Positions 19,532 through 28,571 are shown, counted from the first letter of the stretch. The stretch: DNA of 64,000 bases from an uncultured Bradyrhizobium sp. (GCA_964423245.1 CAYREH010000002.1:225191-289190), one strand, 5' to 3'. The notes: generated from the sequence alone by a model not told the origin. Program-made: numbers and translations.

Positions 19532-19726
19532 GAGGGTACTCGGCGAGATTGGCCGGCCACTGAGGTGGGCCTCAAATGATTTTGTCGATGGCCCGGGCGC
19601 GGGCTTCCATTTGGTCGGCAAAGACCTACAAGACCCGCGCTACCGCCGAAGGCAACTCGCTGGCAATATTCCTTATCACAGCAAGCTGCGCCTGTACCTC
19701 AGCAAGGAGTTCTAGTGCGGCGGGCG

Positions 19727-19927
19727 TCATTTTGGCGGCGTTAACCCGGGAGACCGTAGCCAGTCGCTTATATGGGCACCTGTCTCGGCGGTCGTGGCTC
19801 GCTTTAGAAGGGCCTCGCGCTCGACGCCGGCCGGCAACCGATCGGCCATCGTTTTGAGCTTGGCGGCCTGCTCGGCCATCCGTTCTTCAAGTGAGCGGGT
19901 TTGCTTCATTCTGCGGCGCTCACCCAT
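19727..19927 (-). CDS. Small hypothetical protein (paralog of 17240-17440)
   Basis: KQTRSLEERMA..LPAGVEREALL..AETGAHISDWLRSPGL; GAGGAG RBS. Confidence 0.75.
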   Translation of the reverse strand: MGERRRMKQTRSLEERMAEQAAKLKTMADRLPAGVEREALLKRATTAETGAHISDWLRSPGLTPPK

Positions 19928-20161
19928 GGCGCGGCTCCTCGAGCAGTTAACGATGACTTGAAAACCAGCAAAGGGTAAGAACAGTTCCAGTGCCGGTAAC
20001 GAAATTTAGGGTGATTGCGATCCGAACTGGGCCCCCGGGGAAGGCGCTTCAATGCCTGCGCCGTTCGACCTCAAATGTGAATTTGAGGTAGAGCATCGAA
20101 CCGCCGTGCCTCGTGGCGAGAAATGCTCGGTATGTCGAAGTGCCGACCAGCCTCGCGCTCG

Positions 20162-20308
20162 TCAATTGAGCAGCCTTTGCCGGAGCTGCCGAACGATCTC
20201 CCGCAGGTCGTTCGCATACTCCTCGATGAGCCGTCGCATCTCCTCCATGCGCGCCTCTTTGGCTGCCTCGGCTCCTCGTGCCGGGCGCCGTTCTTCGGTC
20301 TGCTTCAT
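20162..20308 (-). CDS. 48-aa helical small protein (not in ORF track)
   Basis: MKQTEERRPARGAEAAKEARMEEMRRLIEEYANDLREIVRQLRQRLLN; FixK box directly upstream. Confidence 0.6.
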   Translation of the reverse strand: MKQTEERRPARGAEAAKEARMEEMRRLIEEYANDLREIVRQLRQRLLN

Positions 20309-20341
20309 GTCCCGAGGGTGGCCCCGGGGAGCGCCCGGATG

Positions 20342-20355
20342 TTGAGATGGATCAA
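20342..20355. promoter_or_regulatory. FixK/FNR box
   Basis: TTGAGATGGATCAA, one mismatch from TTGAT-N4-ATCAA. Confidence 0.7.
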
Positions 20356-20560
20356 ATCCAAGCCTCGTCTACGTAAACGCACTTCGGATGTCGATGCTGA
20401 GGCCAGCTGGCCCGGGCGTGAAACGTCGCTCCTTGCCCTGTTTCCGCCGACGGGACATGCGCCCGCAGTCCCCTTCCCCGGGGCCTGCTGCGGGCGCGGA
20501 AGGCCTACCCGGATCGCCTTCCCTTTGGCGCGCTCGAAGCGGGCGACGCTTATCGCGATA

Positions 20561-20596
20561 GTGACCCCAGCTCGGGGCCGGTTGAGCTGGGGTCAC
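20561..20596. terminator. 13-bp perfect stem-loop downstream of metB
   Basis: GTGACCCCAGCTC-N10-GAGCTGGGGTCAC; no clear T tract. Confidence 0.45.
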
Positions 20597-20698
20597 GTCC
20601 GGATCAAAGTGCCGGAAATTGTTCAGGCACCGTGCTGCAACGCCGCTGGCTCGGACTCGTTGCGGCGGGTCGACGCAGGTTGCTGGCACGATCAGCCG

Positions 20699-21856
20699 TT
20701 ATGCCGCCGCCGCGAGCCCCACTTTGAGATCAACAATCAGATCGGCCTCTGCCTCCAGACCGACCGACAGCCGCAACAAACCGTCGGTGATGCCGGCGGC
20801 ATGACGCGCCTCGGCGCCCATCCCTGCATGCGTCATGCTCGCCGGGTGGGCGATCAAGGTTTCGATCCCGCCCAGCGAGTCGGCGAGAGTAATGACGCGA
20901 ACCGCTTCCACGAACCGGCGGGCGGCGGCGACGCCACCGACCAGTTCGAAGCTCAGCATGGCGCCGAATCCCGCCTGCTGGGCTTTCGCGGTCCCATGCC
21001 CGGGATGAGAGCCGAGTCCGGGATAGTGGACCACGCGCACGCGCGTATCCGTTTGCAGGAAGTTTGCCACCGCGAGAGCCGTCGTCTGTTGGCGCTCGAT
21101 GCGGGGGAATAGTGTGCGCAGGCCGCGCAGCGTCAGGTAGGCGTCGAAGGGCGCGCCCTTTATGCCGGTGAGGTTGGCCCAGTCGGAGAGCGAGTCCAGG
21201 TCGGCGCTGTCGGCCGCAACGACGGCTCCTCCGACGACGTCCGAATGACCATTGAGATACTTCGTGGTCGAATGGATGACGAAATCCGCACCAAAAGCGA
21301 TCGGCCGCTGCAGCGCCGGCGACAGGAACGTGTTGTCCACGGCCGTTTTGGCGCCGACCGCTTTGGCACGCCTGGCGATGGCGCGGATATCCACCACGCG
21401 CATGAGCGGATTGCTCGGGGTCTCGATCAGGATCAGCGCGGGTTTCCTGTCGAGCGCCGCCGACAACGCAGCCTCGTCGCCTTGGTCGACGAAAGACAGA
21501 TCGAAGTGACCACGGTCGCGCCTCGCGCCAAGAAGTCGGTAAGTGCCTCCATAGCAATCGTGTGGGGCGACCACCAGATCGCCAGGTTTCAACCGCGACA
21601 ACACCAGATCGACCGCGGCCATTCCCGACGCCAGCACGATGGCGCCAGCGCCTCGCTCGAGCTTCGCGATCGTATCGGCAAGCAGGTCACGGCTCGGATT
21701 CCCGGCTCGGCCGTATTCGTAGGTGCGGGGTTGCTCGAAGCCGGCGAAAGCAAAGGTGCTCGACAGATGAACAGGCGACACGACTGCGCCGAACGCACTG
21801 TCGGCGGCGACGCCGTTCGCCGCCGCAATCGTTTGAGGCGCTCTAGTATCGGACAT
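20699..21856 (-). CDS. metB: Cystathionine gamma-synthase (Cys/Met PLP enzyme)
   Basis: YGRAGNP, SGMAA, ETPSNP, VDNTF, HSTTKYLNGHSD, LLRLSVGLE. Confidence 0.88.
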   Translation of the reverse strand: MSDTRAPQTIAAANGVAADSAFGAVVSPVHLSSTFAFAGFEQPRTYEYGRAGNPSRDLLADTIAKLERGAGAIVLASGMAAVDLVLSRLKPGDLVVAPHDCYGGTYRLLGARRDRGHFDLSFVDQGDEAALSAALDRKPALILIETPSNPLMRVVDIRAIARRAKAVGAKTAVDNTFLSPALQRPIAFGADFVIHSTTKYLNGHSDVVGGAVVAADSADLDSLSDWANLTGIKGAPFDAYLTLRGLRTLFPRIERQQTTALAVANFLQTDTRVRVVHYPGLGSHPGHGTAKAQQAGFGAMLSFELVGGVAAARRFVEAVRVITLADSLGGIETLIAHPASMTHAGMGAEARHAAGITDGLLRLSVGLEAEADLIVDLKVGLAAAA

Positions 21857-21986
21857 TTATGCTCACCCTCGATTTGGAAAGAAGCTTGGAATTGCTCGCG
21901 CGAGCGCACGCCCCTGCTTACGCCGCAACCGTGCTTCGCGCTACCGGCTCCCTCGCCAAGGAGCGGAAATGGCACTTCCGAGAGTC

Positions 21987-22391
21987 TCAAGTCGCGCGCG
22001 TCGCGGCACGCTCTCGTTCCACGCGCTCGGTCACGTCCCGCGCCACAGCGACCGAGCCGATCACTGCGCCTGCGTCCTTGACTATCGCGAAGGTCATCTC
22101 GACGTAGAGCTTGCGTCCACTCTTATGCGAGGCGCGGGTCAGCGTGGGACGGCCCTGCAACTTCATGACGCCCGCGGTCATCGCGGTCTCGAAACCCCGC
22201 CAGTGCGCCGCCCGCAGATGCTCGGGAATGATCAGGTCGAGGCTTTGGCCGAGCGCCTCGTCCACGGAATAGCCAAACAATGCCGTGGCGGCTGGATTCC
22301 AGCGGGCGATCGTGCCGGAGCGGTCGGCGTAGATCAGCGCATCGGCCGTCGATTCGAGAACTCGTTCGGCCAACTGGGAATGCTGTTCCAT
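21987..22391 (-). CDS. Stand-alone PAS domain protein
   Basis: DALIYAD..WNPAA..LFGYS..LDLIIPEHLRAAH..AVARDVT; no output domain. Confidence 0.88.
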   Translation of the reverse strand: MEQHSQLAERVLESTADALIYADRSGTIARWNPAATALFGYSVDEALGQSLDLIIPEHLRAAHWRGFETAMTAGVMKLQGRPTLTRASHKSGRKLYVEMTFAIVKDAGAVIGSVAVARDVTERVERERAATRAT

Positions 22392-22407
22392 GGGTGCACC
22401 TGTCGAT

Positions 22408-23235
22408 TCAGGACGCCTGATCCTTCTGCGCAACAATGTAGATTGCGCTCAGGTTCCGCTGATAGCGTTCGAACACCTGTCGCATCGCGAGAACCCGCCG
22501 CCGGGCCGGTCCGTCAACAACCAGATTCTTCGCAAGCCGCAGCGTACCCACGACGCCTTCGTCCTGCAGGAGCCGCAATGGACGGAGCAGGTGCATCGGG
22601 GCAAGGTCTATGGCGACGACCCGGAAGCCGACGCCTTCTAGCAGGGCTTTCCACTCTTGAATTGGGAGCGGGCGGGCACCAACGTGAATGGCGGACGAGA
22701 GCTCCCAATCGATTGCCCGCTTTTCGTCAGCCGGCATGTCGCCCGGCACGATCGCGAGTTCGTGAATGCCGTAGCGGCCGCCGGGGCGAAGTACCCGGAA
22801 CGCTTCGGCCGCTATCAGGCGCTTGTGCTCGGCGGTTTGCATGCTCAACATCGCCTCGCCGATGACCACGGATGCGGAAGCGGCCGGAAGCGACGTTCGG
22901 TCGGCCCGCCCCACCGCAACCGTGACCTCCGGATTCGACGGAAGCTGCCTAGCCGTCCATTGCGCCGCCTTTGCGTCGCGCTCTATGGCGGTGTAGTGCC
23001 GGGGCCTGCGTTGCAGGATCATGCGCGCGGTCACGCCGAGACCCGGCGCGAACTCCACTACCGCGTCGTCCGGACCGATCGCCAGGCCGTCCAGCAGAGC
23101 GCGCGTCAGCTTGAGGCCACCGGGGCGCAACACGCGCTTGCCGAGGCGGGCAAGCAGCCAATGCCCCGGCATCTTTGCGGCATCGAGCTCGGTGCCCGGC
23201 AATTCCATGCCTTGTGCGGAATGAATATCGCTCAT
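22408..23235 (-). CDS. Class I SAM-dependent methyltransferase
   Basis: VVEFAPGLG motif I, RVLRPGG, N-terminal PGHWLLARLGKRVLRPGG. Confidence 0.87.
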   Translation of the reverse strand: MSDIHSAQGMELPGTELDAAKMPGHWLLARLGKRVLRPGGLKLTRALLDGLAIGPDDAVVEFAPGLGVTARMILQRRPRHYTAIERDAKAAQWTARQLPSNPEVTVAVGRADRTSLPAASASVVIGEAMLSMQTAEHKRLIAAEAFRVLRPGGRYGIHELAIVPGDMPADEKRAIDWELSSAIHVGARPLPIQEWKALLEGVGFRVVAIDLAPMHLLRPLRLLQDEGVVGTLRLAKNLVVDGPARRRVLAMRQVFERYQRNLSAIYIVAQKDQAS

Positions 23236-23612
23236 CTCTGCTCTCCTGTTGTTGGGGTCGGGTCGACCGGACCCTCTTCCTCTTTGATCGGTCGCCGTGG
23301 CGCGTCCGGAAGCGGCCGGTCGCCGAAATCGACGGCCGACCTCCGAAGGATGCGGCCTTCCGGATCCGTGCTCAGCCGCGCACGCCGATTGCGGTAGAAG
23401 AAGCTGAGGCGGAATTCTCCGGCGTGCTCGTCGATTCCCCGTTCGCAGGCGCTGGTGATGCTCCCCGCGCGCATCAGCGCCTGAACGCGCGAGGCCGGAA
23501 GATGCAATAGTTCTCCGATGATGGCAGCATCGACCACAAATGTGTCGTCACGAAATTCGATCGCGCCTTCCGACAGCGGTTGGGAGCGCGTCCCGCGAAA
23601 GCTCTCGATCAT
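23232..23612 (-). CDS. DUF6522-like protein
   Basis: FVVDA..MRAGSITSACERG..G.FRLSFFY; ATGA overlap with methyltransferase; start uncertain. Confidence 0.7.
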   Translation of the reverse strand: MIESFRGTRSQPLSEGAIEFRDDTFVVDAAIIGELLHLPASRVQALMRAGSITSACERGIDEHAGEFRLSFFYRNRRARLSTDPEGRILRRSAVDFGDRPLPDAPRRPIKEEEGPVDPTPTTGEQR

Positions 23613-23689
23613 CGCTTTTCTCCTTATCGAGGTATCCTAACAGGCATACGTTCGGCGGCCGGGCCGCATACGATTCCCGTGGTACGGCG

Positions 23690-23990
23690 CGAACCGCGCG
23701 ATATCCAGTGAACCGGTGCGATCAAGGATGGCGTCCAGGACGGCTCGAAGGTCATCATGACGTCGACCGATCGTGCGCCCGGCACACGCATCGCTTCGCT
23801 CGCGACGCCATCCTTGAGGAAGCTTGCGGCCGGACAGCTCTTTCGTCGTTACCGTCATCACGATTTAGGCGTCCCCGTCCGCGACCGCAATTCCGTAGAT
23901 GAGGCCGAGATCGACGATATCCTGTCCTAGCTCGGGATCGATGACGACCCGAAGGGCTTCCTTGATCGCGGCAACCAGATCCTCGTTCAT
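23690..23990 (-). pseudogene. SufT/DUF59 metal-sulfur cluster assembly factor pseudogene
   Basis: MNEDLVAAIKEALRVVIDPELGQDIVDLGLIY, in-frame TAA, then frameshift before CPAASFLKDG..MTFEPSWTP. Confidence 0.8.
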
Positions 23991-23992
23991 GC

Positions 23993-24586
23993 TCACGCCC
24001 TTACGGTGAGCTCGGTCGGCCTCGCCACCCCGGCGGGGTCGGACGAAACGAGAGCCGGAAGGCCACCGATGAATACCCTGACGGCGCTATCGAAGGACGC
24101 GTCGTATGAGTGGACTCCGATAAACGTATGCATGACTTCGTGCAGGACGTACCCTCGAACGAGACTTCTGAGCATGTCGAGCGCGTTCTCCGCTGCTTCG
24201 CCGACCAGTCCGCATTCTGCTAAAACGTCGCTCATGAAGGCATGCAGGTCCTCATGCGCTTCCCGCCACTCGGGACAATCCGCGGCTGCCGTCCGGAAGG
24301 CGGCGGCGGAAAGCGCCGGCCTATCGAGCGCATAGCGGCGCATCGCGTGGGTGACGGCCGCGAGCGAGTCCTCGGCATTCTTGCCCTCGCGTGCCTCACG
24401 AAGACGTCCGAGCAGCTCCCGATATCCCTTGAGCGCAAGAAAACGGCGCATCTCATGCACGGTGCCCAGTTTGTCACCGGTACAAAAACCGATCTCCTCC
24501 GCGAGGTCCTTCGCCAGCTTCCTGTCCCAGGAAGTCGCGAGGATTTCGTCCACCGAGTATCCGGTGCCGTTGCCGGTCATGGCCAT
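23993..24586 (-). CDS. TetR C-terminal (WHG-like) domain protein without a recognisable HTH
   Basis: AMRRYALDRPAL, LRSLVRGYVLHE, SFDSAVRVFIGGL. Confidence 0.7.
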   Translation of the reverse strand: MAMTGNGTGYSVDEILATSWDRKLAKDLAEEIGFCTGDKLGTVHEMRRFLALKGYRELLGRLREAREGKNAEDSLAAVTHAMRRYALDRPALSAAAFRTAAADCPEWREAHEDLHAFMSDVLAECGLVGEAAENALDMLRSLVRGYVLHEVMHTFIGVHSYDASFDSAVRVFIGGLPALVSSDPAGVARPTELTVRA

Positions 24587-24605
24587 ACGCTTCAACTCCC
24601 AAGAC

Positions 24606-24761
24606 CTACTGCGTTGTGAACAGAACCACAGCGATGGCGATCGACAGCGCGACCGCCGAGACCGTTGCCACCGTGGACAGGACTCCCATCGCTCTGAGCC
24701 CGCCCGCGAAGATGATGATGATGGGCGTGGCGGTAAGTAGGCCTAGCTGTGCTTCGCTCAT
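24606..24761 (-). CDS. 51-aa two-helix membrane protein (not in ORF track)
   Basis: MSEAQLGLLTATPIIIIFAGGLRAMGVLSTVATVSAVALSIAIAVVLFTTQ; GGGGA RBS. Confidence 0.65.
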   Translation of the reverse strand: MSEAQLGLLTATPIIIIFAGGLRAMGVLSTVATVSAVALSIAIAVVLFTTQ

Positions 24762-24837
24762 GATGTCCCCGCGGCATCAGCTCGGCCGCCACCTGCGGCC
24801 GTGTGCAGGGGAACTTCGCTCATCGCATCAGATCTGT

Positions 24838-24855
24838 CTTTGTCCGGCGACAAAG
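24838..24855. promoter_or_regulatory. NnrR/FixK-type palindrome between divergent operons
   Basis: CTTTGT-CCGGCG-ACAAAG. Confidence 0.72.
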
Positions 24856-24909
24856 ATCGCAACGAGCGTCCTCTGTAGTGCTTGGGAGGCGCACCTGCCC
24901 GGAGGATCG

Positions 24910-25485
24910 ATGTCGGCTCAAGAATTGGAACTTCGGGACAGCGGCTGGGGCATCCTCGACGGACTGCCTGGCCATCCGATGATGTGGGTCCTGATCTTCA
25001 GCGAATTCGCGGTGTTCGGCCTGCTGCTCGGCGCGTTCGCAGTCGCCCGCGCCGTCAACCCGCCCGTGTTCGCCGCCGGGCAGGGGCAGTTGGATCCAAG
25101 CTTGGCGGGCTTGAACACGGTGGTCCTTGTGACGAGCGGCTGGGCGGCTGCACGCGGCGCTTTGGCTGCAAGGGAAAACCGGGCGCGGGCTTGCCGGCAC
25201 TGGCTTCTGATTGGAATCGGGCTTGGGACCGCGTTCGTCGCGATCAAGCTTGTCGAGTATGGCAACGAGATCTCCGCGGGTGCAGGGATGGAGACCAGTA
25301 TGTTCTTCACACTGTATTTCTTGTTGACGGGGTTCCATCTGCTGCATGTTGCGCTGGGAATGGTAATCTTGGCTGTGGTCCTGCGGGGAGCGGATGCGGT
25401 CGCCGTCGAGACCGGGACGTCGTTCTGGCACATGGTCGACCTCGTCTGGGTCGTCATGTTTCCGATCATCTATCTGGTGCGCTGA
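24910..25485 (+). CDS. norE: NorE, cytochrome c oxidase subunit III-like
   Basis: MWVLIFSE, NTVVLVTSG, FFTLYFLLTGFHLLHV, FWHMVD; upstream of norC. Confidence 0.9.
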   Translation: MSAQELELRDSGWGILDGLPGHPMMWVLIFSEFAVFGLLLGAFAVARAVNPPVFAAGQGQLDPSLAGLNTVVLVTSGWAAARGALAARENRARACRHWLLIGIGLGTAFVAIKLVEYGNEISAGAGMETSMFFTLYFLLTGFHLLHVALGMVILAVVLRGADAVAVETGTSFWHMVDLVWVVMFPIIYLVR

Positions 25486-25486
25486 G

Positions 25487-25753
25487 ATGATCGACCGACA
25501 CCCGCTCGAATTCACGTTGGCCGTCCTGATCGGGCTCGCGATCGCAGCGCTTTTCGCATCGTGGCATCTGATGGCAGGCCCGATCGCGGACGCCGCAGTG
25601 CTGGGGCTTGCGGGCCTGAAGGGGCACCGGATCTTGCTCGATTTTCTCGGACTTCGCGCGGCGCCGCCCGTCTGGCGTGGTCTGATCACGGCGTGGGTGC
25701 TCGGCGTAGTTTCGTTCGCTTGGGCGGCGTCCGCCGTCGGGCTGCTGATCTGA
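25487..25753 (+). CDS. norF: NorF-like small membrane protein
   Basis: LK...ILLDFLGLR..P.VW; position between norE and norC. Confidence 0.75.
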   Translation: MIDRHPLEFTLAVLIGLAIAALFASWHLMAGPIADAAVLGLAGLKGHRILLDFLGLRAAPPVWRGLITAWVLGVVSFAWAASAVGLLI

Positions 25754-25774
25754 GGCCGCCGACGGCTCCGGTTG

Positions 25775-25788
25775 TTGCGCCAGCACAA
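25775..25788 (+). promoter_or_regulatory. NnrR/FixK box upstream of norC
   Basis: TTGCGCCAGCACAA. Confidence 0.75.
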
Positions 25789-25857
25789 AGAACCGTTTCA
25801 GCCGCTGCGTAGGTTGCCGGGCACGCTCGCACCAACCAACACCGGAAAGGATAGGTG

Positions 25858-26310
25858 ATGGCTGAACGCCTCACGAAAACCCAGGCCCGCAACGTCTTTT
25901 ACGGCGGTTCGGCCTTCTTCTTCGCGATCTTTATCGGGCTCACCGCCCACAGTCACTACTACATGGTGACCAAATCGACGGACGCCGCGACGCTGACGGA
26001 CTCCGTCGCGCGCGGCAAACACGTCTGGGAGAAGAACTCCTGCATCAACTGCCACACGCTGCTGGGCGAGGGAGCGTATTTCGCGCCCGAGGTCGGCAAT
26101 GTGTGGGACCGCTGGGGCGGCAGGGAAGATCCGGCTTCCGCGAAGGAGATGGTGAAAGCCTGGATGCAGGCGCAGCCGAGCGGCGCGCCCGGCCGTCGGC
26201 AGATGCCGCAGTTCAACCTGACGGACCAGGAGCTCAACGACCTCGCCGACTTCCTGCAGTGGACCGACAGCATCAAGCGCCAGAACTGGCCGCCGAACAA
26301 GGCGGGCTGA
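25858..26310 (+). CDS. norC: Nitric oxide reductase cytochrome c subunit
   Basis: CINCHTLLGEGAYFAPE, GRRQMPQFNL. Confidence 0.97.
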   Translation: MAERLTKTQARNVFYGGSAFFFAIFIGLTAHSHYYMVTKSTDAATLTDSVARGKHVWEKNSCINCHTLLGEGAYFAPEVGNVWDRWGGREDPASAKEMVKAWMQAQPSGAPGRRQMPQFNLTDQELNDLADFLQWTDSIKRQNWPPNKAG

Positions 26311-26347
26311 TCATGGCATGCCGACAGCCTTCAACGAGGAAACCTTC

Positions 26348-27694
26348 ATGAAATACCAGACCCAAAAGGTCGCGATGCTGTACTTCTACGGCGCGCTGAC
26401 GCTTTTCCTGGCCCAGGTCACGTTCGGCCTTGTCGCCGGGACCATCTACGTCCTGCCCAACACGCTTTCTGTCATTCTGCCTTTCAACATCGTCCGGATG
26501 ATCCACACCAACGCGCTCATCGTGTGGTCGTTGATCGGCTTCATGGGAGCGACCTATTACCTGCTCCCGGAGGAGACAGAAAACGAACTGTTCAGTCCGC
26601 TGCTCGCCAAGATCCAGTTCTGGATGTTCTTCGGCGCCGCGGGCATCGCGGTCGTGGGCTATCTCTTCCACTACCATGAGGGCCGCGAATTCCTCGAGCA
26701 GCCGTTCCCGATCAAGGTCGGGATCGTCGTCGTGTGCTTGATGTTCCTGTTCAACGTGACGATGACCGCATTGCGCGGCCGCAAGACGACGGTCACCAAC
26801 ATCCTGCTGTTCGGGCTGTGGGGCGTGGCGATCTTCTTCCTGTTCGCCTTCTACAACCCGGCCAACCTCGCGGTCGACAAGATGTACTGGTGGTACGTCG
26901 TCCATCTCTGGGTCGAGGGCGTCTGGGAGCTGATCATGGCCTCCGTGCTCGCCTTCCTGATGATCAAGCTCAACGGCATCGACCGAGAGGTAGTGGAGAA
27001 GTGGTTGTACGTCATCATCGGCCTGGCGCTGTTCTCCGGCATCCTCGGCACCGGACATCACTTCTACTGGATCGGCGCTCCCGGATACTGGCAGTGGATC
27101 GGTTCGCTGTTCTCTACGCTCGAGGTGGCGCCCTTCTTCACCATGGTCATCTTCACGGTGCAGATGACCTGGAAGGCCGGGCGGAAGCATCCGAACCGCG
27201 CGGCGCTGCTGTGGTCGGTCGGCTGCTCGGTGATGGCGTTCCTGGGCGCCGGCGTCTGGGGCTTCCTGCACACGCTGTCCTCGGTGAACTACTACACCCA
27301 CGGCACCCAGGTGACCGCGGCGCACGGGCACCTCGCCTTCTTCGGCGCCTACGTCATGCTCAATCTGGCGATGATGGCCTACGCGATCCCGCAGATCAAA
27401 GGACGCGCGCCCTACAACCAGTGGCTCAGCATGGCCAGCTTCTGGATCATGACCACGGCGATGATGGTGATGACGTTCGCGCTGACCTTCGCCGGCGTGG
27501 TCCAGGTCCATCTGCAGCGCGTGCTCGGTCAGAGCTACATGGAAGTGCAGGACGGGCTGGCGATGTTCTACTGGGTCCGCCTCGGCTCCGGCGTGTTCGT
27601 GGTCATCTCCGCCGCGATGTTCGTCTGGGCCGTGCTGGTGCCCGGCCGCGCAAGACAGCCCGCGATCTCGGGCGCGCTTCAGCCGGCTGAATGA
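26348..27694 (+). CDS. norB: Nitric oxide reductase large subunit (cNOR)
   Basis: RMIHTN, VVHLWVEGVWE, GTGHHFYW, HGHLAF. Confidence 0.98.
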   Translation: MKYQTQKVAMLYFYGALTLFLAQVTFGLVAGTIYVLPNTLSVILPFNIVRMIHTNALIVWSLIGFMGATYYLLPEETENELFSPLLAKIQFWMFFGAAGIAVVGYLFHYHEGREFLEQPFPIKVGIVVVCLMFLFNVTMTALRGRKTTVTNILLFGLWGVAIFFLFAFYNPANLAVDKMYWWYVVHLWVEGVWELIMASVLAFLMIKLNGIDREVVEKWLYVIIGLALFSGILGTGHHFYWIGAPGYWQWIGSLFSTLEVAPFFTMVIFTVQMTWKAGRKHPNRAALLWSVGCSVMAFLGAGVWGFLHTLSSVNYYTHGTQVTAAHGHLAFFGAYVMLNLAMMAYAIPQIKGRAPYNQWLSMASFWIMTTAMMVMTFALTFAGVVQVHLQRVLGQSYMEVQDGLAMFYWVRLGSGVFVVISAAMFVWAVLVPGRARQPAISGALQPAE

Positions 27695-27702
27695 GAAGCG
27701 AC

Positions 27703-27731
27703 GCGACGGCCGCGGACCTCGCGGCCGTCGC
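27703..27731 (+). terminator. GC-rich stem-loop between norB and norQ
   Basis: GCGACGGCCGCG-gacct-CGCGGCCGTCGC; probable partial terminator or mRNA stabiliser. Confidence 0.5.
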
Positions 27732-27755
27732 CCCCTAACCTTCCGGAGAATCGCC

Positions 27756-28568
27756 ATGAAACCAGCCCTGCACGCAATCGCAAACCCCGCCCGGGATATT
27801 CCCGCGTATGTCCCGAGCGGCAACGAGTGTACCTTGTTCGAGCACGCTTGGCGGCACCAGCTGCCGGTCCTGCTCAAGGGCCCGACGGGCTGCGGCAAGA
27901 CGCGGTTCGTCGCGCACATGGCGGCGCGCCTCGAACGCCCGCTGCACACCGTCGCATGTCACGACGATCTCACTGCGGCGGACCTGACCGGTCGCTATCT
28001 TCTGAAGGGAGGCGATACGGTCTGGACGGACGGGCCTCTGACCCGGGCCGTGCGCGAGGGCGGCATCTGCTATCTCGACGAGGTGGTGGAAGCGCGCAAG
28101 GACGTCACCGTCGTGCTGCATCCTCTGACGGACGACCGCCGGATCCTGCCTTTGGAGCGCACCGGCGAAGAGCTTCTCGCGCCCCCCGGCTTCATGCTGG
28201 TGGTGTCGTACAACCCCGGATACCAGAGCCTGCTGAAGGCGCTCAAGCCATCGACCCGGCAACGCTTCGTCGCGATCGAATTCGACTTCTTGCCTCTGGA
28301 GCAGGAGATCGCGGTGGTGGCCGCCGAGAGCGAGCTCCCGCCGGACCGCGTTCGCCCGCTGGTGCGGCTTGCGGGCCGTCTACGCGCGCTGAAGGGCCAC
28401 GACCTGGAAGAGGGCGTCTCGACCCGCCTGATCGTCTACTGCGCGACGCTCATCGCCGCTGGCGTTTCGGTCGGCGACGCCGTGCTCGCCGGCATGATCG
28501 AGCCGCTGACGGACGATGCCGACGTCAAGACCGCGCTGGTCGAAGTCGCCCGTGCCGTGATCGGGTGA
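27756..28568 (+). CDS. norQ: NorQ MoxR-type AAA+ ATPase
   Basis: GPTGCGKT, CYLDE, SYNPGYQ, LKPSTRQRF. Confidence 0.97.
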   Translation: MKPALHAIANPARDIPAYVPSGNECTLFEHAWRHQLPVLLKGPTGCGKTRFVAHMAARLERPLHTVACHDDLTAADLTGRYLLKGGDTVWTDGPLTRAVREGGICYLDEVVEARKDVTVVLHPLTDDRRILPLERTGEELLAPPGFMLVVSYNPGYQSLLKALKPSTRQRFVAIEFDFLPLEQEIAVVAAESELPPDRVRPLVRLAGRLRALKGHDLEEGVSTRLIVYCATLIAAGVSVGDAVLAGMIEPLTDDADVKTALVEVARAVIG

Positions 28569-28571
28569 GCC

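Noticed and set aside
20360..20690. GC-rich hairpins and a 106-aa ORF as ncRNA or gene
   Set aside because: Low-complexity translation; only the 13-bp stem is supportable
21857..21986. SAM riboswitch upstream of metB
   Set aside because: No SAM-II/SAM-alpha consensus visible; an Infernal/Rfam scan would settle it
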